Below, in pieces: positions 7,739 through 17,100 of a DNA stretch of 24,355 nt (positions are counted from its first letter, which is position 1; the number at the start of each line of letters is the position of its first letter). A program made the translations under genes and the position numbers. The notes beneath the pieces were generated by a model. The model was not told where the DNA came from. It saw only the letters and a list, made by a program, of their open reading frames with translations, and made no database searches. The stretch is from Candidatus Hermodarchaeota archaeon (GTDB lineage Archaea > Asgardarchaeota > Lokiarchaeia > Sigyniarchaeales > SOKP01). Location of the stretch: contig JBHLLP010000043.1 in the NCBI GenBank assembly GCA_048885525.1, positions 4,760 through 29,114 of the forward strand, written 5' to 3'.

Positions 7739-8215
7739 TTAAAATCGTTTCTCAAGAACGGTTATAATTGGTAGAAAACCTACTTTAGAGAAGACATTAA
7801 GTAATTTTTTATCTGCTTCATAAGGTAAATTAATTCTTACTGATTCGCAACCCCATGATTGAAGAATTTGAATAGCTCTATCTGCTAAGAGTTTACCTAC
7901 ATGCCTTCCAATAAATTCTTTTTTTGTAGCCCAATTATCTAAATAACCAATATATTGTCCTAATGTATTTTTTACAGCTTCAATCATTCCCATACTCACA
8001 ACCTCACCTGTTGGTTTGAATTCAGCAATTAAAGTTATTCGTTTAAGATTAGGTTTAAATTGTCTTAATCCAGACGATTCTCTCCATTGTTCTTCTCTTA
8101 AACCAATATCATATAGACTATGAAGTTCTTTTAAAATTTCCAAAGTTGCTTGATAATCTGAAGTACGATAATTTCTTATAATAATATCATCATCTTGAAT
8201 TTCTTCTTTTGACAT
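7739..8215 (-). CDS. GNAT-family N-acetyltransferase
   Basis: IIIRNYRTSDY start, GYLDNWATKKEFIGRHVGKLL (motif A variant), GCESVRINL and FSKVGF. ATG 8215 follows AAGGGTGGA; the alternative GTG at 8227 is 2 nt after the upstream stop. Confidence 0.8.
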   Translation of the reverse strand: MSKEEIQDDDIIIRNYRTSDYQATLEILKELHSLYDIGLREEQWRESSGLRQFKPNLKRITLIAEFKPTGEVVSMGMIEAVKNTLGQYIGYLDNWATKKEFIGRHVGKLLADRAIQILQSWGCESVRINLPYEADKKLLNVFSKVGFLPIITVLEKRF

Positions 8216-8229
8216 TTTAAAATCCACCC

Positions 8230-9279
8230 TTAACTTGTTATTTTATTAATTACTTTCAAATCAATTCTTTGAGTTAGAATTTTTTGATCAATCCCACTCC
8301 CATTATTTTTTTTGATAGAAAGTAAATATTCATCAATATGAGGGACTATAGGAGACACAAACAAAAGCTCTTCTTGGGGAAACCAAAAATCAACCTCTTG
8401 ATTCATTACTTCTCTTTCAAAATATTCCTTTACATGGGTTATTATTATAGATAGGTTTTTCAGTTCCTCATTTGTATTATTTTGAACTATAATTTCTATT
8501 TCTTGGCTATTTTCTATAAAATTAATACTATTTACAGAAAGTAAAGGTTTTGTTATAAGTTCTTCGTCAGCTTTTTTTGTAGTATCAAATAGATCTACAC
8601 CGGCAAAATCTCCTTCACCTCTCAAACTACTAAGAGGAGAAAACTCAAATCCCTTTAAAGAGAAATATGAAATTGCTTTTTGAGTTTTAAGAGATGGTGA
8701 TTCAGATCTTTTTTGGATAACTCTTGAAAAGTAATCTTTAATTTTATGATCGATTAATTCTCTCATAAAGACTCTAATTTTTGTTCCTTTGGAGATACGT
8801 TCTTGAATTTTTGGTGTTTTTATCACAGTATCAGATGCAATTATACTATCTATGACTTCAGATAACTGATCTTCGAACTTTTCTCTAAAATCCTCTGTTA
8901 ATTCTTTTATTAACTCATCTCCAAAAATTTCTAACTCAACGGGCAAAGATACTATTATAACTATTGTTTCTGGAGTTTCTTCTTCAAGTCCTGCTCTTCT
9001 TTTTGGTCTTTGTGATTTTGCTTGGAATTTTTTACCAAAAAAAGCATATCCTTTATATTCTAAATCAATATGGTCGAGATCTTTAGTTTCTAAGAACCAG
9101 ACTGGATGAAAATTTACTGGTCGCATATATCTCTTATCGGTTCTGAGTCTATCATCGGGATACATTAATAGAGGGACTTGTCCTTTTTTTTCATCAAAAT
9201 ACAGAACATAAACAACACATAAATCTTCATGAGGATTTTTTTCCACTGTCCCACTAAAAATATCCGACAATCCAATCAA
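8230..9279 (-). CDS. uDENN/longin-domain protein with a C-terminal Ig-like beta-sandwich
   Basis: CVVYVLYFDEKKGQVPLLMYP matches the uDENN opening motif (hydrophobic strand, FDxxxGQ, then YP). It is followed by YAFFGKKF...RRAG...TIVIIVSLP. C-terminal EIEIIVQNNTNEELKNLSIII is a typical Ig-like strand pattern. Confidence 0.65.
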   Translation of the reverse strand: MIGLSDIFSGTVEKNPHEDLCVVYVLYFDEKKGQVPLLMYPDDRLRTDKRYMRPVNFHPVWFLETKDLDHIDLEYKGYAFFGKKFQAKSQRPKRRAGLEEETPETIVIIVSLPVELEIFGDELIKELTEDFREKFEDQLSEVIDSIIASDTVIKTPKIQERISKGTKIRVFMRELIDHKIKDYFSRVIQKRSESPSLKTQKAISYFSLKGFEFSPLSSLRGEGDFAGVDLFDTTKKADEELITKPLLSVNSINFIENSQEIEIIVQNNTNEELKNLSIIITHVKEYFEREVMNQEVDFWFPQEELLFVSPIVPHIDEYLLSIKKNNGSGIDQKILTQRIDLKVINKITS

Positions 9280-9400
9280 ACCAAGAATTATTCTAAAGAA
9301 TATAATAGTTCCTTATTCAAAAGAAAAAAATTCTGCTTATTCTAAAAATTTATCTATAAAAAAATGTAAACTATTACTATCAAAAAATCTTAAGACTTCA

Positions 9401-10495
9401 GTGAAAAGGAAAATGTTGATTAAAGATGTTAAAACCCATTTAGTTGAGCTCGATTTTTCTATCAAGCTCGGTAGCATGCCAAGGTTTAAAGCTTCAGGAT
9501 TGTATACACAAATTATAACTGATGAGGATATTGAAGGATGGGCACTATCCCATTGGAATTTATCCAATCTTGCTCAAAAGCAGTTTATTGATGATGCTCT
9601 TAGTAAGCTACTAATTAAGAAAGACCCTTTCATGACAGATTTGATTTATAATGAAATTTATCACACAACAAATAGGATTATGTTTGGAATACCTCAAGCT
9701 ACAAGTGCCGTAATGGTAGCCTTAATGGATATCATTGGAAAAGCTACTAAACAGCCAATCTATAGAATACTTGGAGGTCGAAAGCAGAAAGTACGGGCAT
9801 ATGCATCATTATTTCGACTTTATAAACCTAAAGCAGCGGTAGGAACAACTCAAGCGGCAATAGAAGCAGGAGGATTTAATGCTGTTAAGTTAAGAATTGG
9901 TCAAGGTATTAAGAAAGATGAGGAACTTCTAAAAGCTGTTCGGGACACATTTCCTGACATAGATTTAATGGTAGATGCAAACTCAAGTTATAGATCAGTT
10001 ATAGATGCTTTAAAGATTGCGAAACTCTGTTATAAATATGATTTTACATGGTTGGAAGAACCTTTACCCTCCGATAATCTTAACGGACTTTCTAAATTGA
10101 GAGAATTATCTCCTATCCCTATTGCAGGTGGTGAAAATGATATGGGAATTTTTCGGTTTGAGGATCTCTTGGATAAAGGCTGCTATGATATCATCCAACC
10201 AGATGTAACACGAAGTGGAGGGTATATGGAGGTAAAGAAGATCGATGCTATAGCCGAAGTGAAAGGTGTTCGTTGTATTCCCCATATTTTTGGCTACGGA
10301 CATATCTTAGCTGCTAACCTTCATTTCATAATGGCTTCGAGATGTGATTTTTGTGAATTTCCCTATTATCCCGAGCAATTTCAAATGCTTGAAGAGCCAA
10401 TTAAAGTTGAGAGAGGTTTTGTGTATGCCATAGAAAAGCCCGGTTTAGGAGTAGAAATCAACAAGAAATCATTTGAAGAAAATGTAATTAAATAG
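9401..10495 (+). CDS. Mandelate racemase/muconate lactonizing enzyme family protein (enolase superfamily; probable acid-sugar dehydratase or isomerase)
   Basis: ALMDIIGKA-x-x-x-PIY-x-ILGG, K-x-R (AVKLRIG), Mg ligands in VDAN, WLEEP and AGGEN, QPD, IPH and KPGLGVEIN. The real start may be ATG 9413. Confidence 0.9.
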   Translation: MKRKMLIKDVKTHLVELDFSIKLGSMPRFKASGLYTQIITDEDIEGWALSHWNLSNLAQKQFIDDALSKLLIKKDPFMTDLIYNEIYHTTNRIMFGIPQATSAVMVALMDIIGKATKQPIYRILGGRKQKVRAYASLFRLYKPKAAVGTTQAAIEAGGFNAVKLRIGQGIKKDEELLKAVRDTFPDIDLMVDANSSYRSVIDALKIAKLCYKYDFTWLEEPLPSDNLNGLSKLRELSPIPIAGGENDMGIFRFEDLLDKGCYDIIQPDVTRSGGYMEVKKIDAIAEVKGVRCIPHIFGYGHILAANLHFIMASRCDFCEFPYYPEQFQMLEEPIKVERGFVYAIEKPGLGVEINKKSFEENVIK

Positions 10496-11185
10496 ATGAT
10501 ATGGTTAAAAATGGTGTCCTTAGCAGAGATAGAATCTAATTTAACTAGTGAAGAGATTATTTTGTGGAAGAAACAAAATTACATTAATGAATTAAAACAA
10601 TTAAAATTTACATTAAATATCTTAATTCTTTCTTTAGCGGTTTCAATTTTTAGTATATTATTTTATTTTTTAAATTCAAAATTTAGTTTAGATGTTTTTT
10701 TAGGTGTTTTTATTTTATTAACAATTTTACTTATTTCTGGATTTCCTCTATATCTTTTTTTAAATATTTATAATGAATATAAGAGGATTACGCAAAGATT
10801 AGAGCTAAAACTCAGTAATTTAAGAAGTTATGAGGAATTTTTCATTTTAACCAATAAGAGATGGATTCAAAAATCATTTCATCTGGCCAAAATTGATGAG
10901 ATTAGAAACGAAAAAAACCAGATAATAAAAAAAAAAGATATTGCTTTTGTTAATCTAGATAGTATAAAAGTAATTTATATATCACCACAAAAAGAAGGCA
11001 AAGTATACCATATTAATTTTTTTAAATTATGGGATAAAAATTTAGAAGAATCCATTTTTCACGTATTTTTAGAGGAGAATGATTATAAAAAAATGATAGA
11101 GATATTGCGCAAAATAGTCGAAATAATAAAAGAAGAGCATGATGTTTTTAAATATGGAGATTGTGCTTTTTATTGTAAAAAGTAA
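10496..11185 (+). CDS. Hypothetical membrane protein (two TM helices plus a soluble C-terminal, possibly PH-like, domain)
   Basis: EEIILWK N-terminus, two hydrophobic stretches, then FFILTNKR. It abuts the upstream stop. The start may be ATG 10511. Confidence 0.7.
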   Translation: MIWLKMVSLAEIESNLTSEEIILWKKQNYINELKQLKFTLNILILSLAVSIFSILFYFLNSKFSLDVFLGVFILLTILLISGFPLYLFLNIYNEYKRITQRLELKLSNLRSYEEFFILTNKRWIQKSFHLAKIDEIRNEKNQIIKKKDIAFVNLDSIKVIYISPQKEGKVYHINFFKLWDKNLEESIFHVFLEENDYKKMIEILRKIVEIIKEEHDVFKYGDCAFYCKK

Positions 11186-11216
11186 AACTAAGGATTGAAG
11201 GTTTAGATTTAAAGAT

Positions 11217-12590
11217 TTATTCTATAATTTTTTTCTCTAATTCTTTTCTTCTTTCTAACAAAATATCACTACAAATTTTTGATTCTTTCGGGTAATAGAA
11301 ATATGGTATTATCCAGAAAAGTGTTCCAGCTAACCAAATGAATAACACTAGTGAAATAGCTAATGGCAGCCATGAGATATTATTTTCAATTAAAGAAGAT
11401 AATAAAAGATTGCCAATTATACCACCGATATTCACCATTAAACCATTCATCGCATTAGCAGTACTTCTTACTTCAGGAAGACATACTTCAGAATAAATTG
11501 CAAACTGATTTCCAGTTGAAAAAGTTGAAAACATATATCCTAAAAACCCTGTAATTATAAAAAAAATCCAAGACATGATAATTTGAGTAGTGTTAGCAGT
11601 GAAAAATGGAGTTAAGTAAAATATTAATGTAAATAAAACACCAAAAATAACTCCTATGAAAGATATTATTGTGCGACCTCTAACTTTTCCCTTATTCAAA
11701 TATAAGTCTCCTAATTTTCCCCCCATGATAGAACCGGGAAGAGCCCCTGCACCTGCTAATAGATATATTGTAGTAGCAGCTAATTCTGCATCAGCAGTAC
11801 CAATTTTTAAGGTTATATAAAAAATTCCCCATGTTCCAAGTGTTGAAGTTGCTAATCCGGAAAATAGCACATACAAGAGAATAGCTCCAATAGATCTCCT
11901 TCGAAATAGATCTTTAAGGCTATTAATTGTAATTTTATAGTTATAGTTTATTTTTCCTTCAAAAGATTCAAATTCTGGTTCAGCACGACCACGTTCGGGC
12001 TCAATTCCTTTATTAATATAGGTGAACAGTGCTAATATACCTAAAATAAAACCAAAAATATAAGCTAATCTCCATCCTACTGGTCCTGCTACATAGCTTC
12101 CTAATAACCCTCCAGATATAATTCCCATTCCGTTACCGATAATCAAAGCGAAACTCATAGCCCCAAATCTTTTTCCTCTTTGTTTTGGTGCATAAAAATC
12201 CCCAATCATAGAAAATCCTATAGGTAAGAAAGCACCTGAACCTATAGCGCTAAGAGTAAGAAAAATTAAATAATAAAAATAATCGAGTGACACACTAGCT
12301 AGTCCATATGAAATAATCCACATAGAATTAGTTAAAATGAAAATTTTTTTCCTTGAATACTTTGCAGCAATTTTATCAACATAATAACCAAAAAACAAAA
12401 TACTGATTATTGCGATAATTAAATTTGATGCAATTAGAAAGCCTACTCCAAATTTTGTTGTTTTTGGAAGATATAATAATATATTATCAATATTCACAGG
12501 CATTATTCCGATAAAAAAATTCACTATAAAATACAGGCGTAAAAAAGATCTAAAAGTTTTCTTTCTTTTACTTTTATAAATTTCATCCAT
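11217..12590 (-). CDS. Major facilitator superfamily transporter
   Basis: About 12 hydrophobic segments, motif A-like FGYYVDK...SRKK and GGKLGD, and also D-x-Y-x-P-x-x-RG, GWR and PEVRSTA. Confidence 0.9.
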   Translation of the reverse strand: MDEIYKSKRKKTFRSFLRLYFIVNFFIGIMPVNIDNILLYLPKTTKFGVGFLIASNLIIAIISILFFGYYVDKIAAKYSRKKIFILTNSMWIISYGLASVSLDYFYYLIFLTLSAIGSGAFLPIGFSMIGDFYAPKQRGKRFGAMSFALIIGNGMGIISGGLLGSYVAGPVGWRLAYIFGFILGILALFTYINKGIEPERGRAEPEFESFEGKINYNYKITINSLKDLFRRRSIGAILLYVLFSGLATSTLGTWGIFYITLKIGTADAELAATTIYLLAGAGALPGSIMGGKLGDLYLNKGKVRGRTIISFIGVIFGVLFTLIFYLTPFFTANTTQIIMSWIFFIITGFLGYMFSTFSTGNQFAIYSEVCLPEVRSTANAMNGLMVNIGGIIGNLLLSSLIENNISWLPLAISLVLFIWLAGTLFWIIPYFYYPKESKICSDILLERRKELEKKIIE

Positions 12591-12750
12591 TATACTGATT
12601 AAACCTTCTATTTATTATACGTGAAATTTTCAGATCTTTCGTATAGTACTATTTGAATTTTATATTATAATAAGTTTTATTTTCAACAAAAGTGTGTAAT
12701 CAGAAAGCTTTTTTTCAATTAAACTTTATACTAAAAAAATTAAGCTTTTT

Positions 12751-13689
12751 TTGGGAAAAATGACCAACGTTAACTATATTTTTTTATTATCGTTAACCAT
12801 AATTATAATTGGGTATGTTCTCAAAAAATTTAACATTATTTCAGAAGAAAATGGGAAGACTATTGCAAAAATAGTCTTTAATATTACTTTACCAGCTTTA
12901 ATTCTAAAAATTATAAGTTCAATTGAAATTACATCATCATTAGGATTAATTACACTAATTTCCATAATTTATTGCATCCCTATTATTGTTCTGAGCTCAT
13001 TTCTTTTTAAAAAGTATCCAAAAGAAATAAAGGGATTGATCTTTATGGCAGTAATAGGATTTAATGTAGGACATTTCGCTTATCCTTTAATTGAAGGGAT
13101 TTGGAATCAAGAGGGACTAAAATATATTGCAATGTTTGATATTGGGAATGCCATAGTTATTTTTGTTATTTGTTACGTTTTAGGGTTAATTTATTCACCA
13201 AAAAATGAATTTAAATCTAAAAGCGATTTAATTAAAAATATAACATTTCAATTAATAAAATCAGCACCTTTATTGAGTTACATAATAGCTCTATTTCTAA
13301 ATTTTCTTAATGTTGTGTTTCCTATTTTTGTATTCGATTTATTAGAAGTTTTATCAAGGGCTAATATGGCTTTAACATTATTATTATTAGGTATTTTTTT
13401 AAATTTTAAATTTGAACGATCCCAGTGGAAAAACGTCTCTGTTTTGCTTATTATACGATATTCATTTGGATTGGTAATTGGACTCCTATTATTTTTCTTT
13501 TTACCATTTGATCAATTATATAGAGGAATATTGGCTATTGCACTAATCTTACCTGTTGGATTAGCAATTATTCCTTTTACAGTAGAATTCTCATATAATG
13601 AGCGTGTTGCAGGGATGATTGCTAACTTAACGATTATTATTTCATTCGTTTTACTATGGATTGTAATTCTCCTTTTAGGGTTTGGGTAA
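12751..13689 (+). CDS. AEC (auxin efflux carrier) family transporter
   Basis: About 10 TM segments, IIIIGYVLKK, VFNITLPALI, NVGHFAYPL and LTLLLLG. The start may be ATG 12760. Confidence 0.88.
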   Translation: MGKMTNVNYIFLLSLTIIIIGYVLKKFNIISEENGKTIAKIVFNITLPALILKIISSIEITSSLGLITLISIIYCIPIIVLSSFLFKKYPKEIKGLIFMAVIGFNVGHFAYPLIEGIWNQEGLKYIAMFDIGNAIVIFVICYVLGLIYSPKNEFKSKSDLIKNITFQLIKSAPLLSYIIALFLNFLNVVFPIFVFDLLEVLSRANMALTLLLLGIFLNFKFERSQWKNVSVLLIIRYSFGLVIGLLLFFFLPFDQLYRGILAIALILPVGLAIIPFTVEFSYNERVAGMIANLTIIISFVLLWIVILLLGFG

Positions 13690-13759
13690 ATTCAAATTAT
13701 ATATATATTTAATATTAATAGATTTTACAATTAAAAGCAAAAAAATGTGAAATGATGAA

Positions 13760-14089
13760 ATGATTAAGGGACCAATTAATATAGAAAATGTAGAAGAAGT
13801 TGAAGCTCTAGAGGGTATTTATAGAAAAACCTTAGCATATAACAATGATGTGATGTTATGTTTTTTCATTTTAGAAAAGGGTGCGGTAGTACCGCTTCAT
13901 AAACATGAAGCTCATCAAATAGGTTATGTATTAAAAGGTAAAATAAAATTTAATACAGAAACGAGGGAATTCATTGCCAAGGAAGGAGATAGTTATGTTT
14001 TTAATTCTAATGAAAAACACGGTGCGGAATTACTCGAATATACTGAAGTAATCGAAGTTTTTAATCCTACAAGGGAAGATTACAAATAA
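13760..14089 (+). CDS. Cupin-domain protein (KdgF-like)
   Basis: P-x-H-x-H-x-x-x-Q-x-x-YV-x-x-G, GDS...H-G, and C-terminal EVFNPTREDY. Confidence 0.85.
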   Translation: MIKGPINIENVEEVEALEGIYRKTLAYNNDVMLCFFILEKGAVVPLHKHEAHQIGYVLKGKIKFNTETREFIAKEGDSYVFNSNEKHGAELLEYTEVIEVFNPTREDYK

Positions 14090-14153
14090 TAACTATTAAC
14101 ATTAATTAGTAAGACTCGTTTGAATGGTTTATAGGTTTTCAAAAATATTGAAT

Positions 14154-14163
14154 AAAAAAAAAA
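14154..14163 (-). terminator. Putative U-tract terminator of the surface-protein gene
   Basis: A10 on + (T10 on -), 13 nt after the stop codon at 14177. Confidence 0.45.
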
Positions 14164-14176
14164 TAGTAATTTAAAT

Positions 14177-17100
14177 TTATTCTCCTGGAATTTCGCCTCC
14201 TGGAATTTCACCTCCTGAAATTAAATCTCCCACTTTTCGTTTTCTAATGACAACAACTATAACAACAGTGATAACAGCTGCTCCAGTTACTACAGAGACA
14301 ACGATAATAATTATAATAAAGTTATCTCCCGGGGCTGAAATAATTTTTTCCACATTCACACTCTCAGATCCAAGATTTCCTAAGGTATCATTAGCATAGA
14401 AAGTTATGTTAATAATTCCTTGGGGTAAAGCTGCCCATGCTGTTGGATCAATGGTGCCATTATTAGTGAAAGTAAAATTTGTTAAGCCTCCATCAAGGGA
14501 ATACCACATGGAATCTAAATTGTCATCTGAGATTTCAACTATGAAACTGGGGGCACTGACACCATAAGTGTCACCCGTGTTAGGAGAATTAATAATTATT
14601 GATGGTGCTTGTGTATCTTTTTCTATATTAACTCCACTAGATCCAATATTTCCTGCTTTATCTGATGCGTAAAATGTTAATGTAATCATACCATCCGAAA
14701 TACTCTCCCAAACCGATTGATCAATAGTTCCAATAAATTCAGTAAATGTGTAATTATGTAAACCACCATCAAGAGTATACCACATCTGAAACAAATAATT
14801 ATCTGTTATTGTAACATCGTAATTGGGTGCACCTATTCCAAACAAATCATCATCACTAGGTGAATTTATAGTTACCGATGGAGCACTATCATCAGCTATA
14901 GGAAAATAATCTACACTTCCTGCAGAACCACTTATATTATATGGGTAATCGACAATACCATCATTAGGGCTTAAATCAGGACTTGTCCAATTATCCCAAT
15001 AATTTCCTACTGTCGTAGAGTTCCAATCATTATTCAAACCATCATCGATGGCATGGTTTCCGTTATCCAAAAAGAAATTTTTATAAAATAAATTATCACT
15101 ACATCCACTTGCTATATATATTCCATTATCATTGTTATCAGAGATTACATTTTCATAAATTATGTTGTAAATGGTGGATACTGCCAAAAAAATTCCATTT
15201 AATACATTTTTAAATAGATAATTGTCATAAATGATATTATTTAGACATGCAAATTCGAGTTTGATGCCATTCTCATCACTTTCAAATAAATCATTTTGTT
15301 TGATAATATTATCATTACTGATTTGTAAAAAGATTCCATTATGCCCATTATCATTTGCGCTTGTATCTTTAATCGTATTGTTAACGGCTCCCAAACCATA
15401 TATCCCATCAAATATGTTATCATTAGCTATAGTTCCTATGATCCAATTCTCAGTACAAAAATCCATTTTTAATCCATTTTCTGTGCTATTAGATAAGTTA
15501 TTATCTGAAAGAGTACAATTATTAGTGTTTTGTAAATAAATCCCATTATGTCCATTTCCAATTGCAACAGTATCCTTAAATATATTAAAATTGCCCAATC
15601 CACTATAAATTCCATTAAATCCATTGTCATTAGCAACTGTTCCTTCTATCCAATTTTCATGGCTTGATTCCATTTTAATTCCATTTTCAATGCTTTCAGA
15701 TAACTCATTTCTTAAAATACGAGTATTGTTGCTATTCTGTAAATAGATTCCGTTATGCTTATTATAAGATGCTATAGTATCTTGGATTGTATTATTTTTA
15801 CTGTTCACACAATATATTCCATTGTTATCATTATAATTTGCAATAGTTCCAGTAATCGTGTTATTATTACTTGAATCTAATAAATAAATTCCACTATTTG
15901 TATTATTAATTAATGAATTTCCCGAAAGAGAGTTATAACTACTTGCTTCTAACATAATTCCATAAGCGCCATTATCAATAGCAAAATTTCCTGATATGGA
16001 GTTATTATGGCTTCCAGCTAAATATATACCATGTTCATTAATATTTTCATTGGCAATATTCCCTGAAATCGTATTATTATGACAGTCTGCTAAAATAATT
16101 CCACATAAAGTATTATTATTGGCAAAATTTCCTGAAATTATATTATTTTCGCAATCAAGTAAAGTTATTCCAATAAATTCATTATTACTTGCATTATTAC
16201 CAATTATCTGTGAATTAGTAACATTAAACAATAGAATACCAGAAGCAAAAAATACTGTTCCCGAATTATAAACTTTACAGTTCTGAATCATAAAATATTT
16301 GTTGGAATTTTGAACGGAAATACAATTCTCTATACCTTTACCATCGATAATTAAATCTTCGATCACATATGGATCTCCCGAAGTCCCAGCACCAGTACAC
16401 CATGGTTCCAAAGCTGCTTCTGCCCAAGTATAATCTGCTCCGCCCAGATCATTAATTGCAATTGGTTCCTGTAAATTCCATATAGGTAAATAATCTTGGC
16501 TACCTCCTCCAGGAGGAACATCATAAGGATCATCTCCAATTCCGTCTAAATCCATATCATATCCTGTATAATCATCCCAATAATTTCCTATGATAGTACT
16601 ATTCCAATCATTATTAACACCATTATCTTCAGCATGCCCAGAATTTGGATTTGTAAAATAATTATTATACAAAAGATTATTACTAGAATATACTTCTACT
16701 CCATACCAGCCATTATTATTAAAAAAATTTCCTGTTATAGTATTATTTTCACTAATTCCATGCATGTATATTCCACTCCATGCATTATCGTATATATGAT
16801 TATTTGAAATGAACATTTCACTAGTATCAAGTAATTCTATGCCATCAGCAACACTATTATAAATATAACTATTAAGAATTTGTCCATTAGTAACATTGAC
16901 TAAGAAAAGCCCCACATGCAATAAAAATGAATTTCTAAATGTACAATTATTTATGATGAAATATTTTCTGGAATTCATAATATAAAAACAGTCTCCTGAT
17001 CCAGAAGAGTATTCAAAAGTATGGTCTTCAATAATATAAGGATCTCCTGGACTACCAGATCCACCTCCAAACCAAGGTTGTGTCTGAGCCCATGCCCAAT

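Noticed and set aside
10493-10498. In-frame TAG-ATG junction suggesting pyrrolysine or readthrough fusion of the enolase-superfamily gene with the membrane protein
   Set aside because: The upstream enzyme is already complete at its normal C-terminus (KPGLGVEIN), the domains are unrelated and no pyl genes are present. Simple coupling explains it.
9337-12965. ORFs 9337..9567, 10106..10303 and 12774..12965 on -
   Set aside because: Antisense shadows of well-supported genes.
14182-15855. 15-bp and 207-bp repeats as a CRISPR array or mobile-element ends
   Set aside because: They are in-frame coding repeats with no unique spacers, and no cas or transposase genes are present.
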